Positions 25,978 to 35,277 of a stretch of 64,000 nucleotides of DNA are shown piece by piece (position 1 is the first letter of the stretch; the number at the start of each line of letters is the position of its first letter). Source of the stretch: an uncultured Candidatus Binatia bacterium. Its GTDB lineage: Bacteria; Desulfobacterota; Binatia; UBA9968; JAJDTQ01. The notes beneath the pieces are model-generated. The model had not been told where the DNA came from, searched no databases, and was given only the letters and a program-made list of their open reading frames with translations. Location of the stretch: assembly GCA_965219905.1 (NCBI GenBank), contig CBDCOS010000004.1:48696-112695 (forward strand), given 5' to 3'. Made by a program: the position numbers and the translations under genes.

Positions 25978-26829
25978 TCAGGGTTTTTCTTGAGACGGCG
26001 GGCCCACCACGATCGTGACGGGCTCGCCGTCTCTTTGTATGTGGAGCATTCGTGCCCGGGTTTCCGGGCGTGGGCCGAGGATTCTCTTCAGCTCGCGGAT
26101 GTTTCTGACGGCCCGCCGATCCACGCCGGTGATGACGTCGCCGCGACGCACGCCGTATCTCGAAGCCGGGCTGTCGCGTTCGACGTGCGCCACCAGCACC
26201 CCTCCCTGCCTCCGGGTGGCGAACAGCCGCGCCAGTTCCGCGGTCATGTCCTGCACGTGCATCCCCAGCAGGGATGCAACTCTGTCGTCCGGTCGCAACG
26301 CGGGATGATCGAGGCTGACGCTCTGTTCCAGCACCTCGGCCGTGGCATAGATGGGTGTGCCGGTCCGCAGCGCGACGGCGATGGCGTCGCTGGGACGCGA
26401 ATCCATCTCGATCCCGCCCCGGGCGGTCTTCAGCGTGATGACCGCGAAGAAGGTGTTCTCCCGCAGTTCCGTGATGGTGACCCGCTCGGGTTTCGCCCCC
26501 AGGCGTTCCAGCAGGTTGCCGATCAGGTCGTGGGTATCGGGCCGGGAGAGACGCTCTCCCGCGAGGGCGCGCGCGATGGAACTCGCCTCGGCGGTGCCGA
26601 TCCAGATGGGCAGCACCCGCCCGGCGCCAGCCAGCACCACCACCGGAGTCCGGTTCACCGGATCCATGGCGACCTGCCGCACCTCCATGCGGACCGCCTC
26701 TTCCGACGCGTCGACGCCGTGAAGGGGCAGCAGCAGGCAGAGGCCCACCAAGGCTCCCAGGAAGCCCGAACCGAGTGCCGCCCGAAGGCCATCTCCGGCG
26801 ACCTGGTCCGCCCGGCGCGGGTTCGTCAT
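25978..26829 (-). CDS. Bifunctional-nuclease (BFN/DUF151) domain fused to a C-terminal PDZ domain, with N-terminal signal/anchor
   Basis: Hydrophobic GFLGALVGLCLLLPL; BFN motifs LPIWIGTAEASSIA, RPDTHDL and DSRPSDAIAVAL; PDZ-like GVLVAHVERDSPASRYGVRRGDVITGVD. Confidence 0.7.
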   Translation of the reverse strand: MTNPRRADQVAGDGLRAALGSGFLGALVGLCLLLPLHGVDASEEAVRMEVRQVAMDPVNRTPVVVLAGAGRVLPIWIGTAEASSIARALAGERLSRPDTHDLIGNLLERLGAKPERVTITELRENTFFAVITLKTARGGIEMDSRPSDAIAVALRTGTPIYATAEVLEQSVSLDHPALRPDDRVASLLGMHVQDMTAELARLFATRRQGGVLVAHVERDSPASRYGVRRGDVITGVDRRAVRNIRELKRILGPRPETRARMLHIQRDGEPVTIVVGPPSQEKP

Positions 26830-26990
26830 GGGCCGAGCTTATCCAGCCCGGGTTCGCGGTGTCAACAGAGGTCGCGTGTTGACCGGCGCGAGTCGGAGCG
26901 GTTAGTTTCCGGGAGCTTCACGGGCGGACGCCGCCTCCGGCGGACCGGCAGGCAGACCGGGGATTTCGGCGGAGTCCGAGGGGAATCTCG

Positions 26991-28742
26991 ATGAAGATCG
27001 CATTGCTCGCGGACAACCTGATCGATCGTATCGCCGCCGGCGAGGTGGTCGAGAGACCGGCGTCCGTGGTGAAGGAGCTGCTGGACAATGCCATCGATGC
27101 CGGCGCCGGCGAGATCTCCGTCCTGGTGGAGGGTAACGGGACGTCGCTCATCAGGGTGAGCGACGACGGCGAGGGGGTCGTGTCCGAGGATGTCCCGCTG
27201 GCCTTCGAGCGGCATTCCACGAGCAAGATCCGGAGCGAGGCGGATCTGGCGGATATCGCCACCATGGGGTTCCGGGGGGAGGCCTTGCCCAGCATCGCCT
27301 CGGTGGCGGCCGTGGAGATGACGTCGCGTACGCGGTCACAGGAACACGGCTGCCGGTACCGTGTCGAGAACGGACGCAAGGGGAGCCCCGCGGCCGCCGG
27401 TTGTCCCGCGGGCACCAGCGTGGAGGTGCGGGACCTCTTCTACCACGTGCCCGCCCGGCTCAAGTTCATGAAATCCCCGCGTACGGAGATCAAGTATGTC
27501 AGCGACGTGGTGAACCGGGCCGCGTTGGCGCACCCGTCGGTGCATTTCCGGCTCCACCACGGGGGCAAGCGGCTGGCCGAATACGTGGCGACGGACCGCC
27601 TTCAGGAGCGCGTGCGGCAGGTGATGGGAGACGCCGGCAGCGAACTGGTGGCGTTTTCTCTCGGAGGGGAACGGCTCCGCTGCGCGGGTTTCGCCAGTCA
27701 GGCGCCCAAGTCCTTCGGCAACTCCCGCTACATGGTGACGTTCGTCAACCGCCGCTTCGTGCGCGACAGGGTGCTGAACCACGCCATGCTCCAGGCCTAC
27801 GACACGCTGCTCATGAAGGGCCGCTTCCCCGCCGTGATCCTCTACCTGGAGATGCCCCCGGACCGCGTGGACGTGAATGTCCATCCGGCCAAGACCGAGG
27901 TGCGTTTCCGGCGCCAGAACGAGATCTACGAAACGGTCCTGGCCGCCGTGCGGGGAAGCCTGGGCTCCGCCGCCAGGGGAAGCGCGCCGTCCGGGTTCGA
28001 AGCGGCCCCGGCCCCGGCGCCGGCGGGAGGAGGCGGCGGGGTTGCAGACCCGTCCCCTCCGTACGGCGGCCCGGCGGTTCATCCCGGTCTGCCGTTCCAG
28101 CCCCGCCACGCTCCCGGCGGAGTCTCGGCCCCCGAGGGCAGGGCGCCGGAGGAGGTCGGCCGGTTCTCGTCGCTCACCGTCGTGGGACAGGTGCTGGGGT
28201 GTTACATCCTCTGCCACGGCGATCCGGGCATGGTGCTGATCGATCAGCACGCCGCGCACGAACGCGTCGCCTACGAAAGCATGCGAGAGGACCTGGAACG
28301 CGGGCGCATCGAGCGGCAGGAGTTGCTGATGCCGCAACTCCTGGAGCTGCCGGTGACCGAGGCCATGGTGCTGGAAGAACAGCTTGGCGCGTTGGAACGG
28401 GCGGGGTTCTCCCTGGAGTCGTTCGGCCGCAACACCTTCTCCTTGAGGGCGGTGCCGGCCCTGCTTGCGGAGGGCGACTACCGCGATGCCGTGCGGGCCA
28501 TGGTGAGCGAGCTGGCCGAAACCGGCCGTTCGGGAGAGCTGCACCGGGGCTATCAGGAGCGTCTCATGACCATCGCCTGCCACAGCGTCATCCGGGCGAG
28601 CCGGACGCTGCGAAAGGAAGAGATGGAGGCCCTTCTGCGGAAGCTCGACGAGACCGAGTTCGCCACCCAGTGTCCCCATGGACGGCCCGTGATGGTCCGT
28701 TTCAGCCGCTCCCAACTGGAGCGGATGTTTCGGCGCGCCTGA
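26991..28742 (+). CDS. mutL: DNA mismatch repair protein MutL
   Basis: IDRIAAGEVVERPASVVKELLDNAIDAG, GFRGEAL, and the C-terminal QHAAHERV. Confidence 0.92.
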   Translation: MKIALLADNLIDRIAAGEVVERPASVVKELLDNAIDAGAGEISVLVEGNGTSLIRVSDDGEGVVSEDVPLAFERHSTSKIRSEADLADIATMGFRGEALPSIASVAAVEMTSRTRSQEHGCRYRVENGRKGSPAAAGCPAGTSVEVRDLFYHVPARLKFMKSPRTEIKYVSDVVNRAALAHPSVHFRLHHGGKRLAEYVATDRLQERVRQVMGDAGSELVAFSLGGERLRCAGFASQAPKSFGNSRYMVTFVNRRFVRDRVLNHAMLQAYDTLLMKGRFPAVILYLEMPPDRVDVNVHPAKTEVRFRRQNEIYETVLAAVRGSLGSAARGSAPSGFEAAPAPAPAGGGGGVADPSPPYGGPAVHPGLPFQPRHAPGGVSAPEGRAPEEVGRFSSLTVVGQVLGCYILCHGDPGMVLIDQHAAHERVAYESMREDLERGRIERQELLMPQLLELPVTEAMVLEEQLGALERAGFSLESFGRNTFSLRAVPALLAEGDYRDAVRAMVSELAETGRSGELHRGYQERLMTIACHSVIRASRTLRKEEMEALLRKLDETEFATQCPHGRPVMVRFSRSQLERMFRRA

Positions 28743-28764
28743 ACCCGGGCGGGAGCGTTGCCCC

Positions 28765-29700
28765 GTGAGCCCCGGATTCAAGGTCATCTTCATCGTGGGC
28801 CCCACCGGAGTCGGCAAGACCGACGCCGCCCTGAGCTTGGCATCCCGGCTCGACGCGGAAATCATCAGCGCCGACTCCATGCAGGTCTACCGCTACATGG
28901 ACATCGGCACCGCCAAGCCGACGCCGGCGCAACGGCGGCAACGGCCGCACCATCTCCTGGACGTGGTGGACCCGGACGGGGAATTCAATGCCGCCCTCTT
29001 CAGGGAACACGCCATGGATGCGATGGAAGGCATCCGGGCCCGGGACCGGAACGTGCTGGTCGCCGGCGGCACCGGACTGTACGTGAAGGCGCTGGCCCGG
29101 GGACTGTTCGCCGGCCCGGCGCGAAATGCCGAGATCCGGGCGGGGCTGGAACGGACCCTGGCGGAACACGGTCCGGAGCCCCTCTTCGAGCGTCTGAAAC
29201 GGGTGGACCCGGACGCGACCGCCCGCATCCACCGCCGCGACCGGGTCCGCATCGTACGGGCATTGGAGGTCTTCCAGGCCACCGGGAAACCCTTGAGCCG
29301 GTGGCAGCGGGAGCACCGCTTCGGCGACCGTCCCTTCGGTTCCCTGGTGCTGGGCCTGGAGCGGCCCCGCTCCGAGCTGTACGAACGCATCGATGAGCGT
29401 TGCCGGCGGATGATGGAGGCCGGACTGCTGGATGAGGTCAGGCGACTGCTGGACAGGGGCTACGCCCCGAGCCTCCGCAGCATGCAAGGCGTGGGTTATC
29501 GCCAGGCGGTCGAGTGCCTCACGGACCGGCTGAGCGAAGCCGGCGCGCTGACGTCCATGCAGCAGGCCACGCGCCGGCTGGCCAAGCGCCAGCTCACCTG
29601 GTTCCGGGCGGACCCGACGCTCCACTGGCTGCACCCGGACCGAATGGATGCCGCCGGCGAGCTCTGCAGCCACTTTCTCGAAGGCGCCGCAGTTGACTAG
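28765..29700 (+). CDS. miaA: tRNA dimethylallyltransferase
   Basis: IVGPTGVGKT, ISADSMQVYRYMDIGTAKP and QRRLAKRQLTWFR. GTG start. Confidence 0.9.
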   Translation: MSPGFKVIFIVGPTGVGKTDAALSLASRLDAEIISADSMQVYRYMDIGTAKPTPAQRRQRPHHLLDVVDPDGEFNAALFREHAMDAMEGIRARDRNVLVAGGTGLYVKALARGLFAGPARNAEIRAGLERTLAEHGPEPLFERLKRVDPDATARIHRRDRVRIVRALEVFQATGKPLSRWQREHRFGDRPFGSLVLGLERPRSELYERIDERCRRMMEAGLLDEVRRLLDRGYAPSLRSMQGVGYRQAVECLTDRLSEAGALTSMQQATRRLAKRQLTWFRADPTLHWLHPDRMDAAGELCSHFLEGAAVD

Positions 29701-29715
29701 ACCGGGGTTTGATGT

Positions 29716-29878
29716 TAGTGTCGCGTCCCGTGAGTTCCTGCCATAAGTCGCTGGTCCTTTTCGCCGTCGGCTGCGTTGCTCTTCCTCGCGTGGTGCCCGC
29801 CACTGCTCGTCATCGCGCCTTGCCGACGACAAAAATTCCTGCGCGACTTATGGCAGGAACTCACGGGACGCGACACTA
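29716..29878. mobile_element. 163-bp MITE-like long-hairpin element, copy 1
   Basis: 29716-29751 is the exact reverse complement of 29843-29878 (36 bp). There is an inner stem at 29758-29771 / 29822-29835. The core is nearly identical to 58514-58600. No coding capacity of note. Confidence 0.85.
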
Positions 29879-29885
29879 GCAGCCT

Positions 29886-30851
29886 GTGAACATGATGAAA
29901 TCGGCCGATTTCGTCGAGGCCCGGCGGAGGCTCGAGGCCAAGCCCCAATCCACCGGTGAGAAGCTCACCACCCTGTCAGACGCCGTCGAGAGGGTCCAGG
30001 ACGGCGACCATATCGCCATTGGAGGATGTCTCTTCTCGCGCAGCCCCCTGGCCGCGTTGATGGAAGTGTTGCGCCGGCGCAGACGCGGCCTGACGCTGTC
30101 GCGGAACCTCATGTGCTACGAGGGCGAGCTGTTCATGGCGGCCAAGGCCGTGGACGGGCTGATGACGAGCTGGTTCGACATCGCCCTCCCCTGGGGTCTC
30201 TCCCTCAAGCTTCGCGAGGAGGTCGAAGGGGGGCGGATCCGGTTCGAGGAGTGGAGCCATCTGGGGCTCGGGCTCCGTTACCGCGCCGGCGCCATGGGGG
30301 TCCCCTTTCTGCCCACCCTCACCATGCTGGGTTCGGACCTGATGGGGGTCACCGACACCAAGACCATGACCTGCCCGTTTACCGGAGAGACGCTCTGCCT
30401 CGTGCCGGGGCTTTTCCCCGAGGTGGCGCTGATCCACGTGCATCGGGCCGACCGTTTCGGCAACTGCCAGATCGACGGCTACCCGCACATGGACACGGAT
30501 ATCGCCAAGGCCGCCGCCACCGTGATCGTCACGGCCGAGGAGATCATCGACGAAGAGGAGGTGCGCCGCCGTCCGGACCGTACCGTGATCCCCGGGCTGG
30601 TGGTGGACGCGGTGGTGGAGGTGCCCTACGGCTCCTTTCCGCACGAGTGCTACGGCTTGTACGAAGCCGACTTCGCCCACTTCGAGGCCTACACCGACGC
30701 CGTCAAGGCACGGGGAACCGGCGCCATCAACGACTATCTCGACCGCTACGTCTACGGCGTCTCCAGTCACCGGGAATACCTGGCGTTGTTCGGAGAAGAG
30801 TCGCTGGCGCGGCAGAGACGGTGCGCCGAGGAGCTCCTGGGAGCGCGATGA
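29886..30851 (+). CDS. Family I CoA-transferase, subunit A (glutaconate-CoA-transferase-like)
   Basis: DGDHIAIGG, the subunit A/B pair architecture, and PFLPT. The start may be GTG 29886 or ATG 29892/29895. Confidence 0.75.
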   Translation: MNMMKSADFVEARRRLEAKPQSTGEKLTTLSDAVERVQDGDHIAIGGCLFSRSPLAALMEVLRRRRRGLTLSRNLMCYEGELFMAAKAVDGLMTSWFDIALPWGLSLKLREEVEGGRIRFEEWSHLGLGLRYRAGAMGVPFLPTLTMLGSDLMGVTDTKTMTCPFTGETLCLVPGLFPEVALIHVHRADRFGNCQIDGYPHMDTDIAKAAATVIVTAEEIIDEEEVRRRPDRTVIPGLVVDAVVEVPYGSFPHECYGLYEADFAHFEAYTDAVKARGTGAINDYLDRYVYGVSSHREYLALFGEESLARQRRCAEELLGAR

Positions 30852-31609
30852 GCTATTCCGCCACCGAGCTTCTGGCGGTGGTCGCCGCCCGGCAACTCGC
30901 CGGCGTGACTTCGGTGTTTGCCGGCGTGGGGGTGCCGCTGGTGTCGGCGGTGCTGGCGCAGAAGACCCGGGCGCCGGATCTGGTCATCGTGGTGGAGGGC
31001 GGCAGCATGGGCCCGCAGATGGTGCCGGGGCGCCTGCCGTACTCCACCAACGAGATGCGCACCGCGCCCAGGGCGCAGATGCTGCCGGGCATCACCGACA
31101 CCTTCCTGTTCGCCCAACGGGGTTTCCTGGACGTAGGTTTCGTGGGCGGAGCGCAGATCGACTGCCACGGCAATCTCAACTCGAGCGTCATCGGCGGCTA
31201 CGACCGCCCCAAGGTGCGCCTGCCGGGCAGCGGCGGCGCCAACGACATCATCTCGCTGTGCCGCAAGGTGATGGTGGTGACCATGCACGAGCGGCGGCGG
31301 TTTGTGCCCCAGGTGGATTTCGTCACCAGTCCGGGATTTCTGGCGGGTGGGGATTCGCGCCGCAAGGCGGGCCTCCTGTTCGGCACCGTGAGCCGCATCG
31401 TGACCCACCTGGGCACGCTGGCGTTCGACGGCGAGACCCGGCGGCTGCGGCTGGAGAGCCTCCACCCGGGAGTCACCGTCCAGGAGGTACTGGACAACAC
31501 CGGGTTCGATCTGCCCGTGCCCGACGACGTGCCGGTCACGGAGCCCCCCAGCGGGGAAGAGCTGGCGACCTTGCGTAGCATCGACCCGGAGAGGAACTTT
31601 CTCGGGTAG
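30848..31609 (+). CDS. Family I CoA-transferase, subunit B
   Basis: GVGVPL, LPGSGGANDI. ATGA overlap with the subunit A stop. Confidence 0.75.
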   Translation: MSYSATELLAVVAARQLAGVTSVFAGVGVPLVSAVLAQKTRAPDLVIVVEGGSMGPQMVPGRLPYSTNEMRTAPRAQMLPGITDTFLFAQRGFLDVGFVGGAQIDCHGNLNSSVIGGYDRPKVRLPGSGGANDIISLCRKVMVVTMHERRRFVPQVDFVTSPGFLAGGDSRRKAGLLFGTVSRIVTHLGTLAFDGETRRLRLESLHPGVTVQEVLDNTGFDLPVPDDVPVTEPPSGEELATLRSIDPERNFLG

Positions 31610-31636
31610 TCCGAAACATTGATGGAGTCGTAATTC

Positions 31637-32578
31637 ATGCCGGTACAGTTTGGAGTCGCCATTCGCAATTTCGTCGGTCCTGGGGAGACCCCGGACGTGG
31701 ACGGGTTGATACGTTATTCCCAACGCGCCGAGGAGCTGGGGTTCGAGTCGCTATGGGCCTGGGACCACGTCCTGCTGGGGGTGGACCCGAGCTTTCCGGT
31801 GCTGGACTCGCTGACCATCCTCACCGCCATCGCCGTCCGCACCGAGCGCATCCGGCTGGGCACCGGGGTGATGGTGCTGCCGCTCCGCAACCCGGTGGTG
31901 ACCGCCAAGGTCCTGGCCAGTCTCGACCAGATCTCGGGCGGGCGCCTGCTGCTCGGGGCGGCGTCGGGCTGGTACGCCCGGGAGTTCGACGCCGTGGGCA
32001 TCTCCTTCAAGGACCGCGGCCGCATCTTCGAGCGCAACCTCGATCTGCTGGTGCGGCTCTGGACCGAGGACATGGTCACCGAGCAGGTGGACGAGCTGAA
32101 CCTCCGGTCGGCGGTGCTTCTGCCCAAGCCGGTCCAGAAGCCCCATCCGCCCATCCTCATCGGCGGCTACATCGACCGGGTGTTGCGCCGGGCGGGCCGC
32201 AAGGGGGACGGCTGGCTCACCTACTTCTACACTCCGGAGGGCTTCTCCCGGAGCTGGGCCAAGGTGCTGGACGCGGCGGAGAAGGCGGGCCGCGACCCGT
32301 CGAAGCTGACCGCCACCAACCAGCTCGCCATCTACGTGGGCCCCTCCAGGGAGGCGGCGGACGAACCCATGCGCCACTGGCTCACCACCGAGTGGGACAT
32401 CGCCAAGTGGAGCGACTCCACCATCGAGCACGCCATCCGCGGCACCGCCGACGAGTGCGCGGAGCAGCTCCAGGCCCACGTGGACGCCGGCGTTCACCGG
32501 ATCATCCTGATCCCCTACCGGTACCAGCCGGAGCAGGTGGAGAGGATCGCCTCGGAAGTGATTCCCAAGTTGAGGTGA
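31637..32578 (+). CDS. Luciferase-like (LLM class) flavin/F420-dependent oxidoreductase
   Basis: GFESLWAWDH, RIRLGTGVMVLPLRNP and GGRLLLGAASGW. Confidence 0.75.
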   Translation: MPVQFGVAIRNFVGPGETPDVDGLIRYSQRAEELGFESLWAWDHVLLGVDPSFPVLDSLTILTAIAVRTERIRLGTGVMVLPLRNPVVTAKVLASLDQISGGRLLLGAASGWYAREFDAVGISFKDRGRIFERNLDLLVRLWTEDMVTEQVDELNLRSAVLLPKPVQKPHPPILIGGYIDRVLRRAGRKGDGWLTYFYTPEGFSRSWAKVLDAAEKAGRDPSKLTATNQLAIYVGPSREAADEPMRHWLTTEWDIAKWSDSTIEHAIRGTADECAEQLQAHVDAGVHRIILIPYRYQPEQVERIASEVIPKLR

Positions 32579-32600
32579 GGGATGTGCCGAGGGGGAGCAC

Positions 32601-33494
32601 ATGCGGTTTGACTATTTCGAGCCGGCGACGCTGGAGGAAGCGGGCGAGCTGCTGCGGGAAGGGAAGGGCGCCCGCAAACCGCTTGCCGGCGGCACCGACA
32701 TCGTCATACAGTTGCGCCGTCGCGTGGTCAGCACCCAGGGCCTGGTGAACCTGAAGCGGATACCGGAGCTTTGGGGCTGGGCGCGCGAGCCCGGCGAGGG
32801 GCTCCGGCTCGGAGCGTGCACGCCCATGCGCGACCTGGAGACCGCCGCCGCCGTGGGTGAGCGTTTTCCCTCCATCACCGAGGCGCTTCGGGTGGTGGGG
32901 TCGCTGCAGTTGAGGAACATCGCCAGCGTGGGCGGCAACCTGTGCAACGCCTCGCCATCGGCGGACACGGCGCCGCCGCTGGTGGCGCTCGGAGCCACGG
33001 CCAGCGTGACGACCCCTGAATCCGGGCGGGAAACGGTGCGTGTGGAGAATTTCTTCGAGGGGCCCGGCGTGTCGGTGCTGGGCACGGGCGGACTGCTCCT
33101 GGGGGTGGAGGTGCCGGAGCCGGAGCCGTGCACCGGGGACGCCTTCGAGCGCTTCACGCCGCGGTCGGCCATGGACATCGCCATCGCCAGCGCCGCGGCG
33201 GCGGTGACGCTGGATGCGGCCGGCGAACGGGTGGCGGCCGCGCGGATCGCGCTCGGCGCGGTGGCGCCCACGCCCGTGAGGGCTCTCAGGGCGGAGGAGT
33301 TCGTGCAGGGGAAGGAACTGACGCCCGAGGTGCTGGAGCGGGCGGGCCGGGCGGCCATGGACGAGTGCCGGCCCATCGACGACATCCGCGGGTCGGCGGC
33401 CTACCGCAGGGAGCTGGTGGCGATTCTCGTGAAACGCGTGCTGCGGCAGGCAATGGAGCGGGCCCGGGCGCGCTCCGGCATGGAAACGGCATGA
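32601..33494 (+). CDS. Molybdenum hydroxylase FAD-binding subunit (CoxM/XdhB-like)
   Basis: LAGGTDIVIQL, GGNLCNASPSADT and IRGSAAYRRE. Confidence 0.85.
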   Translation: MRFDYFEPATLEEAGELLREGKGARKPLAGGTDIVIQLRRRVVSTQGLVNLKRIPELWGWAREPGEGLRLGACTPMRDLETAAAVGERFPSITEALRVVGSLQLRNIASVGGNLCNASPSADTAPPLVALGATASVTTPESGRETVRVENFFEGPGVSVLGTGGLLLGVEVPEPEPCTGDAFERFTPRSAMDIAIASAAAAVTLDAAGERVAAARIALGAVAPTPVRALRAEEFVQGKELTPEVLERAGRAAMDECRPIDDIRGSAAYRRELVAILVKRVLRQAMERARARSGMETA

Positions 33495-33967
33495 GACAAC
33501 GCTACGCACTACGGGTGAACGGGGAGGCCAGGGAAACCGAAGCCGAGCCCCACGAGTCGTTGCTGGACGTGTTGCGGGAGAACCTTCGGCTCACCGGCAG
33601 CAAGAAGGGTTGCAACGAGGCCGAATGCGGCTCGTGCACGGTGTTGCTGAACGGCCGGCCGGTGGTGTCCTGCCTGGTGTTGGTTCCGGACGCCGTGGGC
33701 CGGGAGATCGTCACCATCGAAGCCCTGGCCGAAGGCGGGACTCCACACCCCGTGCAGCGGCAGATGGTGGAGCAGGGCGGCGTCCAGTGCGGCTACTGCA
33801 CTCCCGGGATGATCATGAGCGCCTACGCGCTGCTCCGGGGGAACCCGAATCCCACGGACGAAGAGATCCGATTCGCCATATCCGGAAACATCTGCCGCTG
33901 CACGGGATACGGCAAGATCGTCAAGGCCGTCCGCGCCGCCGCGGAAGAGCTCGGAGGAGCGTCGTGA
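33491..33967 (+). CDS. Molybdenum hydroxylase [2Fe-2S] subunit (CoxS-like)
   Basis: GCNEAECGSCTVLLNG and QCGYCTPGMIMS...NICRCTGY. ATGA overlap with the upstream stop. Confidence 0.9.
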   Translation: MRQRYALRVNGEARETEAEPHESLLDVLRENLRLTGSKKGCNEAECGSCTVLLNGRPVVSCLVLVPDAVGREIVTIEALAEGGTPHPVQRQMVEQGGVQCGYCTPGMIMSAYALLRGNPNPTDEEIRFAISGNICRCTGYGKIVKAVRAAAEELGGAS

Positions 33968-35271
33968 GCGAGGATACGTCCCGGGAGAAGGCCGGCGCGT
34001 ACCACTGGATCGGGAAGAACGTCACCAAGCCCGACGCGCTGGAGAAGGCGCTGGGGGCCACCGAATACGTGGGCGACATGGTGGTGCCCGGCATGCTCCA
34101 CGCCAAGATCCTGTGGGCGGGAACGCCCCACGCGGTGATCCGCAACATCGACACCGGGGATGCGGCCCGGGTGCCGGGCGTGGCCGCGGTGCTTACCGCG
34201 CCGGACGTGCCCGGAACCAACCGTTACGGACTGGCCGTGCAGGACCAGCGGGCGCTGGCCGACGACAAGGTAAGGTCCGCGGGCGACGCGTTGGCGCTGG
34301 TGGCGGCCGAGGACGAGGAGGCGGCCGAGGAGGCGGTGGCGAAGATCAAGGTGGACCTGGAGCCGTTGCGCCCCATCCTCACCTACAAGGATGCCCTGGA
34401 CCCCGATGGGCCTCCGATCCACGAGGGCGGCAACGTGTTCCAGCACACCACGGTGCGCAAGGGCGACCTGGAGAAGGGTATCCAGGAGTCGGACGTGATC
34501 GTGGAGAACAGCTACCACACGCACCGGATGGATCACGTCCCCATGGAGCCGGAGGCGGGTCTGGCCTACGTCGATCCCTCCGGTGTTCTGAACATCCTGG
34601 TGGGGACCCAGTACCCCTACCGGGACCGGCGTCAGATCGCCCCGGCCCTGGACCTGGCCATGAACAAGGTGCGGGTCATCCAGGCCCCCATCGGCGGCGG
34701 CTTCGGACGCAAGGACGACATCACCGCCGAGATCCACGTGGGCCTGCTGGCGCTGAAGACGCGGCGGCCGGTGCGCCTGGTCTATACCCGGGAAGAGTCC
34801 CTCATCGCCAACACCAAGCGCCACCCCATGGCCATGAACTTCCGCACCGGCGCCCGCTCGGACGGCCGGCTGACCTTTCTCGACGGCGATATCTACGGCG
34901 ACACGGGCGCGGGAGTCTCCCTCGGCGCCTATGTCATCAAGAAGGCCGGCATCCACGCCACCGGCCCCTACGACGTGCCCAACATCCGGGTGGACACCTA
35001 TACGCTCTACACCAACAACCTCGTCTCCGGCGCCATGAGAGGCTTCGGAGTGATGCAGGCGGCGGTGGCCCACGAGTCGCAGATGGACCAGTTGGCTCAC
35101 CGGCTCGGCATGTCGCCGCTGGAATTCCGGATCAAGAACTGCCTCAAGCCGGGGCTCGCCTCCTCCACCGGACAGTTGATGAACGAGGGTTGCGGCATCG
35201 AGGCGACGCTGCAGCGGATCAAGGACTACATGAGCGCGCACGACCTGCGCTTCAACCGTCCGGGACACTAG
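33964..35271 (+). CDS. Molybdenum hydroxylase molybdopterin subunit, N-terminal part (L-like)
   Basis: GKNVTKPDALEKALGATEYVGD, QAPIGGGFGRK and SGAMRGFG. It ends at TAG 35269-35271, in the same frame as the next ORF. Confidence 0.85.
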   Translation: MSEDTSREKAGAYHWIGKNVTKPDALEKALGATEYVGDMVVPGMLHAKILWAGTPHAVIRNIDTGDAARVPGVAAVLTAPDVPGTNRYGLAVQDQRALADDKVRSAGDALALVAAEDEEAAEEAVAKIKVDLEPLRPILTYKDALDPDGPPIHEGGNVFQHTTVRKGDLEKGIQESDVIVENSYHTHRMDHVPMEPEAGLAYVDPSGVLNILVGTQYPYRDRRQIAPALDLAMNKVRVIQAPIGGGFGRKDDITAEIHVGLLALKTRRPVRLVYTREESLIANTKRHPMAMNFRTGARSDGRLTFLDGDIYGDTGAGVSLGAYVIKKAGIHATGPYDVPNIRVDTYTLYTNNLVSGAMRGFGVMQAAVAHESQMDQLAHRLGMSPLEFRIKNCLKPGLASSTGQLMNEGCGIEATLQRIKDYMSAHDLRFNRPGH

Positions 35272-35277
35272 ACGGCC

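Noticed and set aside
29715-29813. 32-aa ORF inside the hairpin element on the minus strand (MTSSGGHHARKSNAADGEKD...; equivalent ORF in copy 2)
   Set aside because: The only in-ORF core difference is non-synonymous (H/Y). The C-terminal third is encoded by the variable arm and differs completely between copies. No ribosome-binding site is evident. Conservation is better explained by the hairpin.
35269-35271. Pyrrolysine or other programmed recoding of the in-frame TAG
   Set aside because: No pyl genes or recoding signals are visible in the window. A natural split of this subunit has a known precedent. This cannot be fully excluded without the whole genome, so it is kept only as a minor alternative in the finding.
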